From: an uncultured Acidobacteriota bacterium
GTDB lineage: Bacteria > Acidobacteriota > UBA6911 > RPQK01 > JAPXNP01
Direction of reading: 5' to 3'
Length of the DNA: 13,845 nt
NCBI GenBank assembly: GCA_963777605.1
Contig: CAVZRV010000024.1
Coordinates: 1-13,845 of the forward strand
The translations under genes were made by a program, and so were the position numbers. Shown here one piece after another: positions 1 to 8,494 of the stretch (its first letter is position 1; every line of letters starts with the position of its first letter). The notes under the pieces are model-generated. The model was not told the DNA's origin and did not search any database. It saw only the letters and a program-made list of their open reading frames with translations.

Positions 1-283
1 GGCGGCACGGCATGACGGTTGCGCCGCCACCCAGGTAGTGCAACCAAGCACGCAGAAGGCGCCCTTGAGATGGTGGAGGCTTCCGGAAACCTCAAGGACA
101 TCGTAGTCCCGAAGGGCACCGCGGACGCTGCAGCCGGGAACTTTCAAAACGCGGTCAAGAACCTCAATCCTTCTCCGTGACCGCCGCGGAAGCAATTATC
201 GTAAGGCGGGTACTCGGCTCCCGAACTCCCGACGTGAGCGGCAGCCCGCCACTTCATTTCTGATACACCTCTGCAATTCCGGC

Positions 284-2191
284 TTACCCTCGAACGGGAA
301 ATTCCGAGGAAAGGTCACTCAGGAGGGCCGGCAACACAGGAATCGAGACGCTGGACGGGAAATCGGCAGTACCGGTATACGCGGGGGTTCGGCAGCCTGT
401 GCATGCCTCGGCGCCGGCCTCGAAGATATTCTCCACGAAAGTCTGGCAGTTTTGATTGATAATCGGAAACCAAGCGCCCTGGACCTGGACCATGATGCGG
501 TGTCCCTTTCGGAAAGAGTAGTTCTGAGTGTGCAGGCTTTAGTTGTACTCCAGGACCTTGCCGGCTTCGATCGGCTCCGGTTCCTCGAAACGTCTCCCGG
601 TATCGGCCGCGGAAGACCTCGTTGGAGACCATCAACTGGTAACCGGCCAAGTCCCAGTCTTCCTCGCGGGTAATGTTCCGGGAAGACGTCGATAAGTTTA
701 ACGACCAATTATCGATGGTGCCGGTGGTGGAGGCATAGAGGTGGGCCACGTCCTCCCCGGCGATGGTGATTTATTGTTCTAGGGGAACACTTTCCCAACT
801 CAGGACGTCGGCCCGGTCATCGACAAAGCGCTGGTCCTTACGGGCACCAGCCATGCCTGCCAGGAGGGACCGGCCGTGGAAGTAGGTTGCCTGGATCGGC
901 CGGTGGCGGTAGGGGACCGGGTGTGTCGGGTCGGAGAGATAGCTGTCGAACGCTGCTTTTTGCCCCCCTCGCAGGGGCTTATTGGTTTGAGCCCATCCGA
1001 GCTGAAGTAAAGATTCCTCACGCCGCTCGACCCTGGACCGAGGCGGCCAGGAGTCCCATCGCTGCCAGCGGTTCGACCCCGCTTCGAATGTAAGAGCTTC
1101 CGGAAGATGCAGCCGGCCCTTGTCCTTTAGAAAATACGCGAACCAAGGGGCCGGGACCTCGTCGCTTAAGTAGCGGGAGGTGGAACTGTCGAAAGGGACT
1201 GGACCCAGGCTTGAACCGTTATCCCTTTCGCCATCCTCCGTGAGCTTCAGGGACCCACAACCAGGTAGTTCATGCCCGCCCAATCGGCACTTTTCCAGCG
1301 CTTCATAAATACGCAGGGGACCGTAGAAGTCTCTCTGGTCCCACCAGCCCGCGACGTTCAGGGTAGGCACCTTCACACCGGTGACCGGGGAATCAGAGTT
1401 GATGCTTCCAAAAGGCGTCGTAGTCGGGATGGGCCACGTAGTCGTTCCAGGTTGGGATCTTCCCATGAAAGAGCGGCGGGTTGACATTGGAGAGCGGCCC
1501 CAGGGCCATGTACTGGTCTTGACGTGTCGTAGCGGTCAAAGGGAAAGCGCTGCGTCTCCTGGCCCCCGTCAACCTGGTAGGCATACTCAAAGGAATAGCT
1601 GAGGCGGAATAGGGTTGTGGTGAAAATCGTCCTCGAGCCGACATGTCGGCAGGAGAAGCCTGGGGCTAGATTGCCTTCAACGCAGGATGGGGCTCCATCA
1701 ACGCGCACCACGGTGGTCCAACCGAGATAGGACACCCCAATGATGCCGACCCGGCCGTTGTTCGGGGTCACGTTCTCAAGCATCCACTCGATCGTGTCGT
1801 AGGTGTCGGTTCCTTCATCGAGAGCAGTGGAATCTCCTGGCTCGCGAGCCGGGCGCTGCATCACAAACTCGCCTTCCGACTCGAATTTGCCGCGAATGTC
1901 CTGGAAGGCAAAGATGTAGCCTTCATCAGCCAGGGTCTTCAGCGCAGTAACGAAGTTCCCTTCTGCCCCCGCAACACCGTAAGGGCTCCGAATCAGGATG
2001 ATGGGGAGCGGCTCCGGCTGGTCGCGGGGGATGAAGATCCGAGTGTTCAGGCGGATTCCGTCCCGCATGGGGATCATCTCCTTTCGAATCTCGAAGGGAG
2101 AGACGAACTCACCCTGAGGCTGGACCAGACCGGCTGCCGCAGCAAGGATGATAGTGAGGACGATTGAAACCGTGATCGGAGCATGCTTCAC
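284..2191 (-). pseudogene. CocE/NonD-family serine hydrolase (peptidase S15 / glutaryl-7-ACA acylase-like), split by several frameshifts (decay or sequencing indels)
   Basis: Consecutive minus-strand ORF pieces give a signal-peptide-like N-terminus, 'MIPMRDGIRL', 'RSPYG', 'QDIRGKFESEG', nucleophile motif GVSYLG, 'VPTLNVAGWWDQ', 'SDPTHPVPY', 'DQRFVDDRADVL' and 'VQVQGAWFP'. GTG at 2191 is preceded by GGAGG. The end is approximate. Confidence 0.88.
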
Positions 2192-2424
2192 GTGAACCTC
2201 CCGCAACACCAGTTATAGAGAGCCCAACTTGCCGGGTCAATCGATTCGTGGGGAACTCGAGACTGAAGCTCGAGTTGTTTACTCCGACTTCAGGCTTGGT
2301 GAACGCATCCTGAAAGGAGAGAAGAAGTCCCGACCCGAAGCAATAGCAACGGCATGCTCGCGCCAGTCTTAGCCTTCATCACTTTCGACATCGGAGACTG
2401 TCCTGCCCGGGTTCTCAAGAAATC

Positions 2425-2451
2425 TGCAACCGGAACTCCGCCGCTTCCGTC
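2425..2451 (+). promoter_or_regulatory. Putative ECF-sigma (SigW-like) autoregulatory promoter TGCAAC-N17-CGTC
   Basis: TGCAAC at 2425-2430 and CGTC at 2448-2451, upstream of an operon encoding an ECF sigma factor; resembles the TGAAAC-N16/17-CGT consensus. Confidence 0.55.
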
Positions 2452-2486
2452 CAAAGGGTGTCTCGTAAGAAATGGAGGTAGGGACG

Positions 2487-2903
2487 ATGGAAGTGCTGTT
2501 GTTTCTCTTGCTGGTCGTCTTCGGATTTGTCGGCTACGGAATGCTAAAACGCTTTCTGCTCGATCAGACGCTGGTCAAACAGCGGGAAATGATTCACAAG
2601 GAAAGGATTATGGCCATGGAAAAAGGACTGCCGATCGATAATCTCCAACTCCCGGAACACACGGTGATGTCGGATGGTTCGCTGCAGGAGAAAGTCCTCG
2701 TTTGGGTTCGGCTCATCGCTCTGGGGTTCGGACTGTTCCTGATTCCGGCTGGAATCGGCATTTGCATCGCCTTTCACTTCTCCGGGAACTTAGATCTTCA
2801 GCCCGTCTGGACGGTCGGATTGATCCCAATACTCTGTGGCTTCGGCCTTCTTCTGTTCTTCCTCTTGAGCAAGGGTTTCAAGGAAGACCTAAAATCAAAA
2901 TAG
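2487..2903 (+). CDS. Small membrane protein, DUF6249-like, ECF-operon associated
   Basis: GGAGG at 2474-2478 precedes ATG 2487. N-terminal TM helix, 'REMIHKERIMAMEKGLP' motif, then two C-terminal TM helices. Confidence 0.75.
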   Translation: MEVLLFLLLVVFGFVGYGMLKRFLLDQTLVKQREMIHKERIMAMEKGLPIDNLQLPEHTVMSDGSLQEKVLVWVRLIALGFGLFLIPAGIGICIAFHFSGNLDLQPVWTVGLIPILCGFGLLLFFLLSKGFKEDLKSK

Positions 2904-3541
2904 TGTTGTCTGCGACTTACTCTCTCGACTTCTTTTGTGTTCCGCTGAAGGACACCGTTCCCCCAACTGCGGTGAGCGACAACTCCGATCTCTGGAAAGA
3001 CGAGGAACTGGTCGGGCACTATTTGAAGACGGGGAAGGATCACTTCTTTGCGATTCTCGTTCGTCGCTACAAGGAGAAAGTGTTTCGACTGGTTCTCTCG
3101 GTTCGGGGGCTCTCGTTCACGGAAGAAGCCGAAGAAGTCGTGCAGGAGGTGTTTCTGACGGTCCACCGGGACCTGAAGCAGTTTCGCTTTGACAGCCGTT
3201 TCAGCACGTGGCTTTACCGGATTGCATTTAATCGTTCGATCGACTGGCGCCGGAAACCCCGCCTTAAATTCCACCACTCGGGCGAAGGCACGCTTCGCTC
3301 GCAGGCATCCCCCCGGCGAAGTCCCCTGCGGAAGGCGAGCGACCACGAACGCGACGAGCGAATTCTGAAGTGCGTGGAGAGACTTCCCGAACCCGCTCGG
3401 TCGGTTGTCTTCCTGCACTACTGGCTTGACCAGTCGGTGGCGGAGATTGCGCAGTATCTCGATCTCAAATCCTCGACGGTGAAGTCTCACCTGTTCCGGG
3501 CAAGAAAGTTGCTGGGACGTTCACTGAGAGGCAAGGTCTGA
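2903..3541 (+). CDS. RNA polymerase sigma-70 factor, ECF subfamily
   Basis: Region 2 'EAEEVVQEVFL...FRFDSRFSTWLYRIAFN' and region 4 'SVAEIAQYLDLKSSTVKSHLFRARKLL'. Start uncertain: GTG 2903 overlapping the upstream stop, or GTG 2972. Confidence 0.93.
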   Translation: MLSATYSLDFFCVPLKDTVPPTAVSDNSDLWKDEELVGHYLKTGKDHFFAILVRRYKEKVFRLVLSVRGLSFTEEAEEVVQEVFLTVHRDLKQFRFDSRFSTWLYRIAFNRSIDWRRKPRLKFHHSGEGTLRSQASPRRSPLRKASDHERDERILKCVERLPEPARSVVFLHYWLDQSVAEIAQYLDLKSSTVKSHLFRARKLLGRSLRGKV

Positions 3542-4054
3542 AATGGTAAGTACTGCCCCAGCCTGGGCCAGATTGAGCGGTTCTTCGAAGGAGCATTCAA
3601 ATCGGGCGAAGAGCGCAGGCAATGGGAGTCCCATCTCGAGATCTGCGATCAGTGCCGGGATACTCTTTTCGGTCACCAGGAACTGGCCCGAAGCTGGCAG
3701 CGTTTCCCGCTTACCTACCTCTCTCCCCAGTTTGACCAGGAACTTGAGGCCGCCTTGGCACGTGACACGACTCCTGCGGCCTCGAGCCACTGGAAGCGCC
3801 TTCTCTTATGGGCATATTGGGTCCTGACACTTGGTGCCAGTCTAGTGATCCTCGATTCGATCCAGGGCACAATCCAGATTCCAACCGCATTCTGGATTAC
3901 TTTGCTGGTATCCGCGACCCTTCCGCTGATCGCCTTGAGCTTTGCGTTGAAGCAGCTTCGCCTGGGATTCTTTGACCTGCTCCATTTCGCGACGATCGAT
4001 CCCGAGTTTCAGGCGGGTTCCAGTGATTCCGCGCTGCGGGGATCATTCGAATAG
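3542..4054 (+). CDS. Membrane-anchored zinc-binding anti-sigma factor (zf-HC2/ZAS)
   Basis: The frame is open from 3542 to TAG 4054: NGKYCPSLGQIERFF...WESHLEICDQCRD (HxxxCxxC at 3632-3655), followed by two TM helices. There is no in-frame start before the zinc motif (ATG 3543 is out of frame), probably an indel. Confidence 0.8.
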   Translation, partial: NGKYCPSLGQIERFFEGAFKSGEERRQWESHLEICDQCRDTLFGHQELARSWQRFPLTYLSPQFDQELEAALARDTTPAASSHWKRLLLWAYWVLTLGASLVILDSIQGTIQIPTAFWITLLVSATLPLIALSFALKQLRLGFFDLLHFATIDPEFQAGSSDSALRGSFE

Positions 4055-4061
4055 TGAAGCT

Positions 4062-4357
4062 TGCCAACTCCGGCCCGGGATCGCGGTTTTCACGCATTCA
4101 GTACGCAAGTCAGCGCGCGCGTATCCAGGCCTTCATCCATCGCCCACCCCTCGGATCTTGACTCCATCCCGCGGTTCCGGCCTCCGGCAGCACTTCCGCT
4201 GACTCACCATCGCCCGGAGCCGCGCTCGCTGACACTCGCGTTCTGAAATCGGGGTATCCAGGATCCAGCCGAGAACCAGGGCTTCTGAGTTCCACCGATC
4301 GCCCGAATCTCCATCCAGACGCGTCCAAATCATCCAGGATTTCCAGTTCATCCAAAT
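4062..4357 (+). other. Cassette U0: unique non-coding 5' part (hairpin CGCGGTTCCGG...CCGGAGCCGCG) plus a 3' tail shared with type A cassettes
   Basis: Lies between the degenerate first repeat and repeat 4358. The last ~100 bp align with type A tails (CCAGGATCCAGCCGA...TCCACCGATCGCC...TCATCCAAAT). Confidence 0.7.
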
Positions 4358-4416
4358 TGAAGTTTCAGGTCAGCCCCGCCGCCGCGCCCGCCGCGGATCA
4401 TTCAGAGAGTGAAACT

Positions 4417-5134
4417 GGACCTGGCGCTGGAGGCGCCTTGGTTTCAGCCCAGGGCTTGCCCTGGGTCTGGGGTCCCGGCAAGGCGATCGCGGCCTGTAAG
4501 GTCGCGCCGATTCTTCACGTCCGAAGAGGTGTGCCGCCCTTTCAGGGCTGGATTCTTGATGGGTGGGCCGTGAACCCAGGCAAATGCCTGGGCTGGAAAC
4601 AGGCCCCCTTCAGGGGCCCGCCCGGCGCCGATCCTGTGATCCTCACTCATCCACGTCTGGCACCGGACCAGGAACCAGGTTCCAGCCGATAATCGCGTCC
4701 CTGGCTCTCCACCGATCGCCTCAATCCCGTCCAGACGCGTCCAAATCTTCCAGGATTTCCAACTCATCCAAATGAAGTTTTAAGTCAGCCGGGCCCCCGG
4801 CGCCGCGCCCCCGCGGATCATTCAGAGAGTGAAACTGGGCTGGTGCTGGCGCCTTGGTTTCAGGCCAGGGTTCCCTGGGTCTTGGTCCTGCACTTCGGCG
4901 GCCAATCGCGCCGGAATCGGAGCGGAGACGTGCCGCCCTTTCAGGGCGGATTCAGCCCGGTGGCCGTGAACCCAGCAAATGCCGGCTGGAAATCAGGCGC
5001 CCTGCGATCCTGTGATCCTCACTCATCCGCGTCTGGCAACCAGCCAGGTTCCGCCATATTCCCTGGCCTCCACCGATCGCCTCAATCCCCGTCCAGACGC
5101 GTCCAAATCATCCAGGATTTCCAACTCATCCGAA
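4417..5134 (+). repeat. Two type A non-coding REP/REPIN-like cassettes (4417-4772; deleted/degenerate copy 4837-5134)
   Basis: Same sequence family as 8495-10095, with hairpins such as GCCCTTTCAGGGC; the second copy has many short deletions. Confidence 0.88.
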
Positions 5135-5226
5135 TGAAGTTTCAAGTCAGCCCCGCCCCCGGCCGCCGCCGGACCATTCAGAGAGTGAAACTGAGCCAAG
5201 CCTGCGAGAGTCGGCTATGCTTGCGT

Positions 5227-5389
5227 TCGGCACAGGCCCGGGCAGTTCAGACCCGTTGTGCACTGGAGCATGTTGCCCCAAAGTCAGCCTGGTTTCGAGT
5301 GAGGCGATCATTCATTGGCGAGGCCGCTCAGGGCACTCCCCGAAGTCAGAATCCAAATTCACGCCACCTCGAGCCCGAGCCTGTGCCGA
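5227..5389 (+). ncRNA. Putative IS110 bridge RNA (copy in IS unit 1)
   Basis: Lies in the non-coding end upstream of the recombinase. Closed by a stem 5227-5243/5373-5389 (16 of 17 complementary). Contains AAGTCAGCC (5281-5289) and GATCATTCA (5306-5314), identical to the two halves of the array repeat. Confidence 0.75.
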
Positions 5390-5412
5390 TTCACCAGGAG
5401 GACAAAGCTAGC

Positions 5413-6789
5413 ATGAGATCGAAGCGGAAGTCGAGAAGTCGGAAGCGTCGACAGGGTTTGCGAGTGATCCGGGAGCGGGTGGCGGGAATCGATCTGGGTT
5501 CGTGCGAAAGCGCCGGGTGTTGGCCCGATCGGGAGACGGGCCAGTTGAAGGTCCTTTGTTTTGGGACGACGACACCGGAGTTGGAGTTGGTATTGGACGG
5601 ACTCGAGGCCGACAGGATCGAATCGGTGGCGATGGAAGCGACCGGGGTGTACTGGATCCCGCTGTACGAGCTGTTGGTGTCGCGGGGATTCGAAGTGGTG
5701 CTGGTCAATGCGCGGCAGTTGAAGTACGTCCCGGGCCGCAAGACCGACATCAAGGATTGCCAGTGGATCCAGTTGCTGCACAGTTGTGGTTTGCTGCGGG
5801 GATCGTTCCGACCCGCCGAAGCGATCTGTCAGTTGCGGGCGCTCGAGCGGGAGCGGGCCGGACTGGTGGGGCTGGCGGGGCAGGCGGTGCAGATGATGCA
5901 GAAGGCGCTCGACCAGATGAACGTGCAGGTGCACCGGGCGGTGACGGATCTGACGGGACAGACCGGAATGGCGATCGTGCGGGCGATGGTCGGCGGCGAA
6001 CGGGATCCGTTTCGACTGGCGGCTTTGCGGGACCGGCGCTGTCGGAAGTCGGAAGCCAAAATAGCGGAGCATCTGACGGGGACGTGGCGGGAGGAACACC
6101 TGTTCAACCTGGGCAAAGCGTTGGAGTGGTATGACTTCGTGCAGGGTCAACTGGCCGACTATGACGAGGAGATCGGACGCGTGCTCCACCGACTCGAGGC
6201 GAGCGACCGAGCCGATCAGGAGCCGGGGCCCCATCCCCAGCCCACCAAGGAGCGGGCGCTGAACAAACGGGGAGAGCAGCAGCGACGCACGATGCTGTGG
6301 CGGGTGACCGGCGTGGACCTGACCCGGATCGACGGCATCGCTGCGCCGGCGGCCCAACGCATCCTCAGCGAGATCGGCCTGGATCTGTCGGCGTTTCCGG
6401 TCGAAAAGCACTTCGTGTCCTGGCTGCGACTGAGTCCAAAGACCGCCTACTCCGCCGGCAAACCCCTGCGCAAACGTCGCCAGGGCACCGGCTCCACCCG
6501 CGTGGCCAATGTCCTGAGGATGGCCGCGCTGTCCCTGAAACATTCGCAGTCGGCGATGGGAGCCTACTTCCGCCACATCGCCCGACGCAAAGGAGGGGGC
6601 ACCGCCGTCTTCGCCACCGCCCGCAAACTGGCTCAGTACATCTACCGCATGCTCCGCTTCGGTCAGGACTATGTCGACGAAGGCGCCGAAGCCTACGAAG
6701 CACGCTACCGGCTCAAACGGTTCCAGTCCCTCACCAGCACGGCCCAAACCATGGGCTACAAACTGGTTCCGGTGGAGGTCCAAGGATGA
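5413..6789 (+). CDS. IS110-family transposase/recombinase (DEDD RuvC-like domain plus Transposase_20 domain), 458 aa
   Basis: AGGAGG at 5396-5401 and ATG 5413. Catalytic motifs GIDLG, MEATG and RKTDIKD; C-terminal 'IDGIA...SEIG.DLSAF..EKHFVSWLRL.P...YSAGK' with the putative catalytic Ser; 'ATARKLA'. Its stop TGA is the first 3 nt of the array repeat. Confidence 0.96.
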   Translation: MRSKRKSRSRKRRQGLRVIRERVAGIDLGSCESAGCWPDRETGQLKVLCFGTTTPELELVLDGLEADRIESVAMEATGVYWIPLYELLVSRGFEVVLVNARQLKYVPGRKTDIKDCQWIQLLHSCGLLRGSFRPAEAICQLRALERERAGLVGLAGQAVQMMQKALDQMNVQVHRAVTDLTGQTGMAIVRAMVGGERDPFRLAALRDRRCRKSEAKIAEHLTGTWREEHLFNLGKALEWYDFVQGQLADYDEEIGRVLHRLEASDRADQEPGPHPQPTKERALNKRGEQQRRTMLWRVTGVDLTRIDGIAAPAAQRILSEIGLDLSAFPVEKHFVSWLRLSPKTAYSAGKPLRKRRQGTGSTRVANVLRMAALSLKHSQSAMGAYFRHIARRKGGGTAVFATARKLAQYIYRMLRFGQDYVDEGAEAYEARYRLKRFQSLTSTAQTMGYKLVPVEVQG

Positions 6790-6877
6790 AGTTTCAAGTC
6801 AGCCCCGCCCCCGGCGCCGCCGGACCATTCAGAGAGTGAAACTGAGCCAAGCCTGCGAGAGTCGGCTATGCTTGCGT

Positions 6878-7040
6878 TCGGCACAGGCCCGGGCAGTTCA
6901 GACCCGTTGTGCACTGGAGCATGTTGCCCCAAAGTCAGCCTGGTTTCGAGTGAGGCGATCATTCATTGGCGAGGCCGCTCAGGGCACTCCCCGAAGTCAG
7001 AATCCAAATTCACGCCACCTCGAGCCCGAGCCTGTGCCGA
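6878..7040 (+). ncRNA. Putative IS110 bridge RNA (copy in IS unit 2)
   Basis: Same sequence as 5227-5389, offset by 1651 bp. Confidence 0.75.
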
Positions 7041-7063
7041 TTCACCAGGAGGACAAAGCTAGC

Positions 7064-8440
7064 ATGAGATCGAAGCGGAAGTCGAGAAGTCGGAAGCGTC
7101 AACAGGGTTTGCGAGTGATCCGGGAGCGGGTGGCGGGAATCGATCTGGGTTCGTGCGAAAGCGCCGGGTGTTGGCCCGATCGGGAGACGGGCCAGTTGAA
7201 GGTCCTTTGTTTTGGGACGACGACACCGGAGTTGGAGTTGGTATTGGACGGACTCGAGGCCGACAGGATCGAATCGGTGGCGATGGAAGCGACCGGGGTG
7301 TACTGGATCCCGCTGTACGAGCTGTTGGTGTCGCGGGGATTCGAAGTGGTGCTGGTCAATGCGCGGCAGTTGAAGTACGTCCCGGGCCGCAAGACCGACA
7401 TCAAGGATTGCCAGTGGATCCAGTTGCTGCACAGTTGTGGTTTGCTGCGGGGATCGTTCCGACCCGCCGAAGCGATCTGTCAGTTGCGGGCGCTCGAGCG
7501 GGAGCGGGCCGGACTGGTGGGGCTGGCGGGGCAGGCGGTGCAGATGATGCAGAAGGCGCTCGACCAGATGAACGTGCAGGTGCACCGGGCGGTGACGGAT
7601 CTGACGGGACAGACCGGAATGGCGATCGTGCGGGCGATGGTCGGCGGCGAACGGGATCCGTTTCGACTGGCGGCTTTGCGGGACCGGCGCTGTCGGAAGT
7701 CGGAAGCCAAAATAGCGGAGCATCTGACGGGGACGTGGCGGGAGGAACACCTGTTCAACCTGGGCAAAGCGTTGGAGTGGTATGACTTCGTGCAGGGTCA
7801 ACTGGCCGACTATGACGAGGAGATCGGACGCGTGCTCCACCGACTCGAGGCGAGCGACCGAGCCGATCAGGAGCCGGGGCCCCATCCCCAGCCCACCAAG
7901 GAGCGGGCGCTGAACAAACGGGGAGAGCAGCAGCGACGCACGATGCTGTGGCGGGTGACCGGCGTGGACCTGACCCGGATCGACGGCATCGCTGCGCCGG
8001 CGGCCCAACTCATCCTCAGCGAGATCGGCCTGGATCTGTCGGCGTTTCCGGTCGAAAAGCACTTCGTGTCCTGGCTGCGACTGAGTCCAAAGACCGCCTA
8101 CTCCGCCGGCAAACCCCTGCGCAAACGTCGCCAGGGCACCGGCTCCACCCGCGTGGCCAATGTCCTGAGGATGGCCGCGCTGTCCCTGAAACATTCGCAG
8201 TCGGCGATGGGAGCCTACTTCCGCCACATCGCCCGACGCAAAGGAGGGGGCACCGCCGTCTTCGCCACCGCCCGCAAACTGGCTCAGTACATCTACCGCA
8301 TGCTCCGCTTCGGTCAGGACTATGTCGACGAAGGCGCCGAAGCCTACGAAGCACGCTACCGGCTCAAACGGTTCCAGTCCCTCACCAGCACGGCCCAAAC
8401 CATGGGCTACAAACTGGTTCCGGTGGAGGTCCAAGGATGA
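7064..8440 (+). CDS. IS110-family transposase/recombinase, 458 aa (second copy)
   Basis: Same motifs as 5413-6789, with two amino-acid differences (R>Q near the N-terminus; QRI>QLI). Confidence 0.96.
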   Translation: MRSKRKSRSRKRQQGLRVIRERVAGIDLGSCESAGCWPDRETGQLKVLCFGTTTPELELVLDGLEADRIESVAMEATGVYWIPLYELLVSRGFEVVLVNARQLKYVPGRKTDIKDCQWIQLLHSCGLLRGSFRPAEAICQLRALERERAGLVGLAGQAVQMMQKALDQMNVQVHRAVTDLTGQTGMAIVRAMVGGERDPFRLAALRDRRCRKSEAKIAEHLTGTWREEHLFNLGKALEWYDFVQGQLADYDEEIGRVLHRLEASDRADQEPGPHPQPTKERALNKRGEQQRRTMLWRVTGVDLTRIDGIAAPAAQLILSEIGLDLSAFPVEKHFVSWLRLSPKTAYSAGKPLRKRRQGTGSTRVANVLRMAALSLKHSQSAMGAYFRHIARRKGGGTAVFATARKLAQYIYRMLRFGQDYVDEGAEAYEARYRLKRFQSLTSTAQTMGYKLVPVEVQG

Positions 8441-8494
8441 AGTTTCAAGTCAGCCCCGCCCCCGGCGGCGCCGGATCATTCAGAGAGTGAAACT

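Larger units (their letters stand above)
5181..6802 (+). mobile_element. IS110-family element, copy 1 (non-coding leader plus recombinase)
   Basis: Bounded by GAGAGTGAAACT and AGTTTCAAGTCAG with subterminal IRs; no long target duplication; contains a DEDD recombinase. Exact ends are inferred. Confidence 0.9.
6832..8453 (+). mobile_element. IS110-family element, copy 2 (tandem, period 1651 bp)
   Basis: Near-identical to copy 1. Differences I noticed: G5450/A7101 and G6359/T8010. Confidence 0.9.

Noticed and set aside
1-180. Possible 3' end of a plus-strand CDS (...LEMVEASGNLKDIVVPKGTADAAAGNFQNAVKNLNPSP*)
   Set aside because: Truncated by the window edge, and no family can be assigned confidently.
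284-2191. Programmed frameshifting or true pseudogenisation of the hydrolase (and the epimerase)
   Set aside because: Many scattered indels in unrelated genes are better explained by uncorrected long-read error; this cannot be resolved from the sequence alone.
4843-5412. N-terminal extensions of the transposase ORFs (648 aa and 589 aa calls)
   Set aside because: The extensions run through the repeat and structured leader and differ between copies; a good RBS and ATG sit at 5413 and 7064.
5359-8434. 474-aa antisense ORFs and other overlapping ORFs within the transposases
   Set aside because: Shadow ORFs typical of GC-rich coding DNA, with no recognisable motifs.
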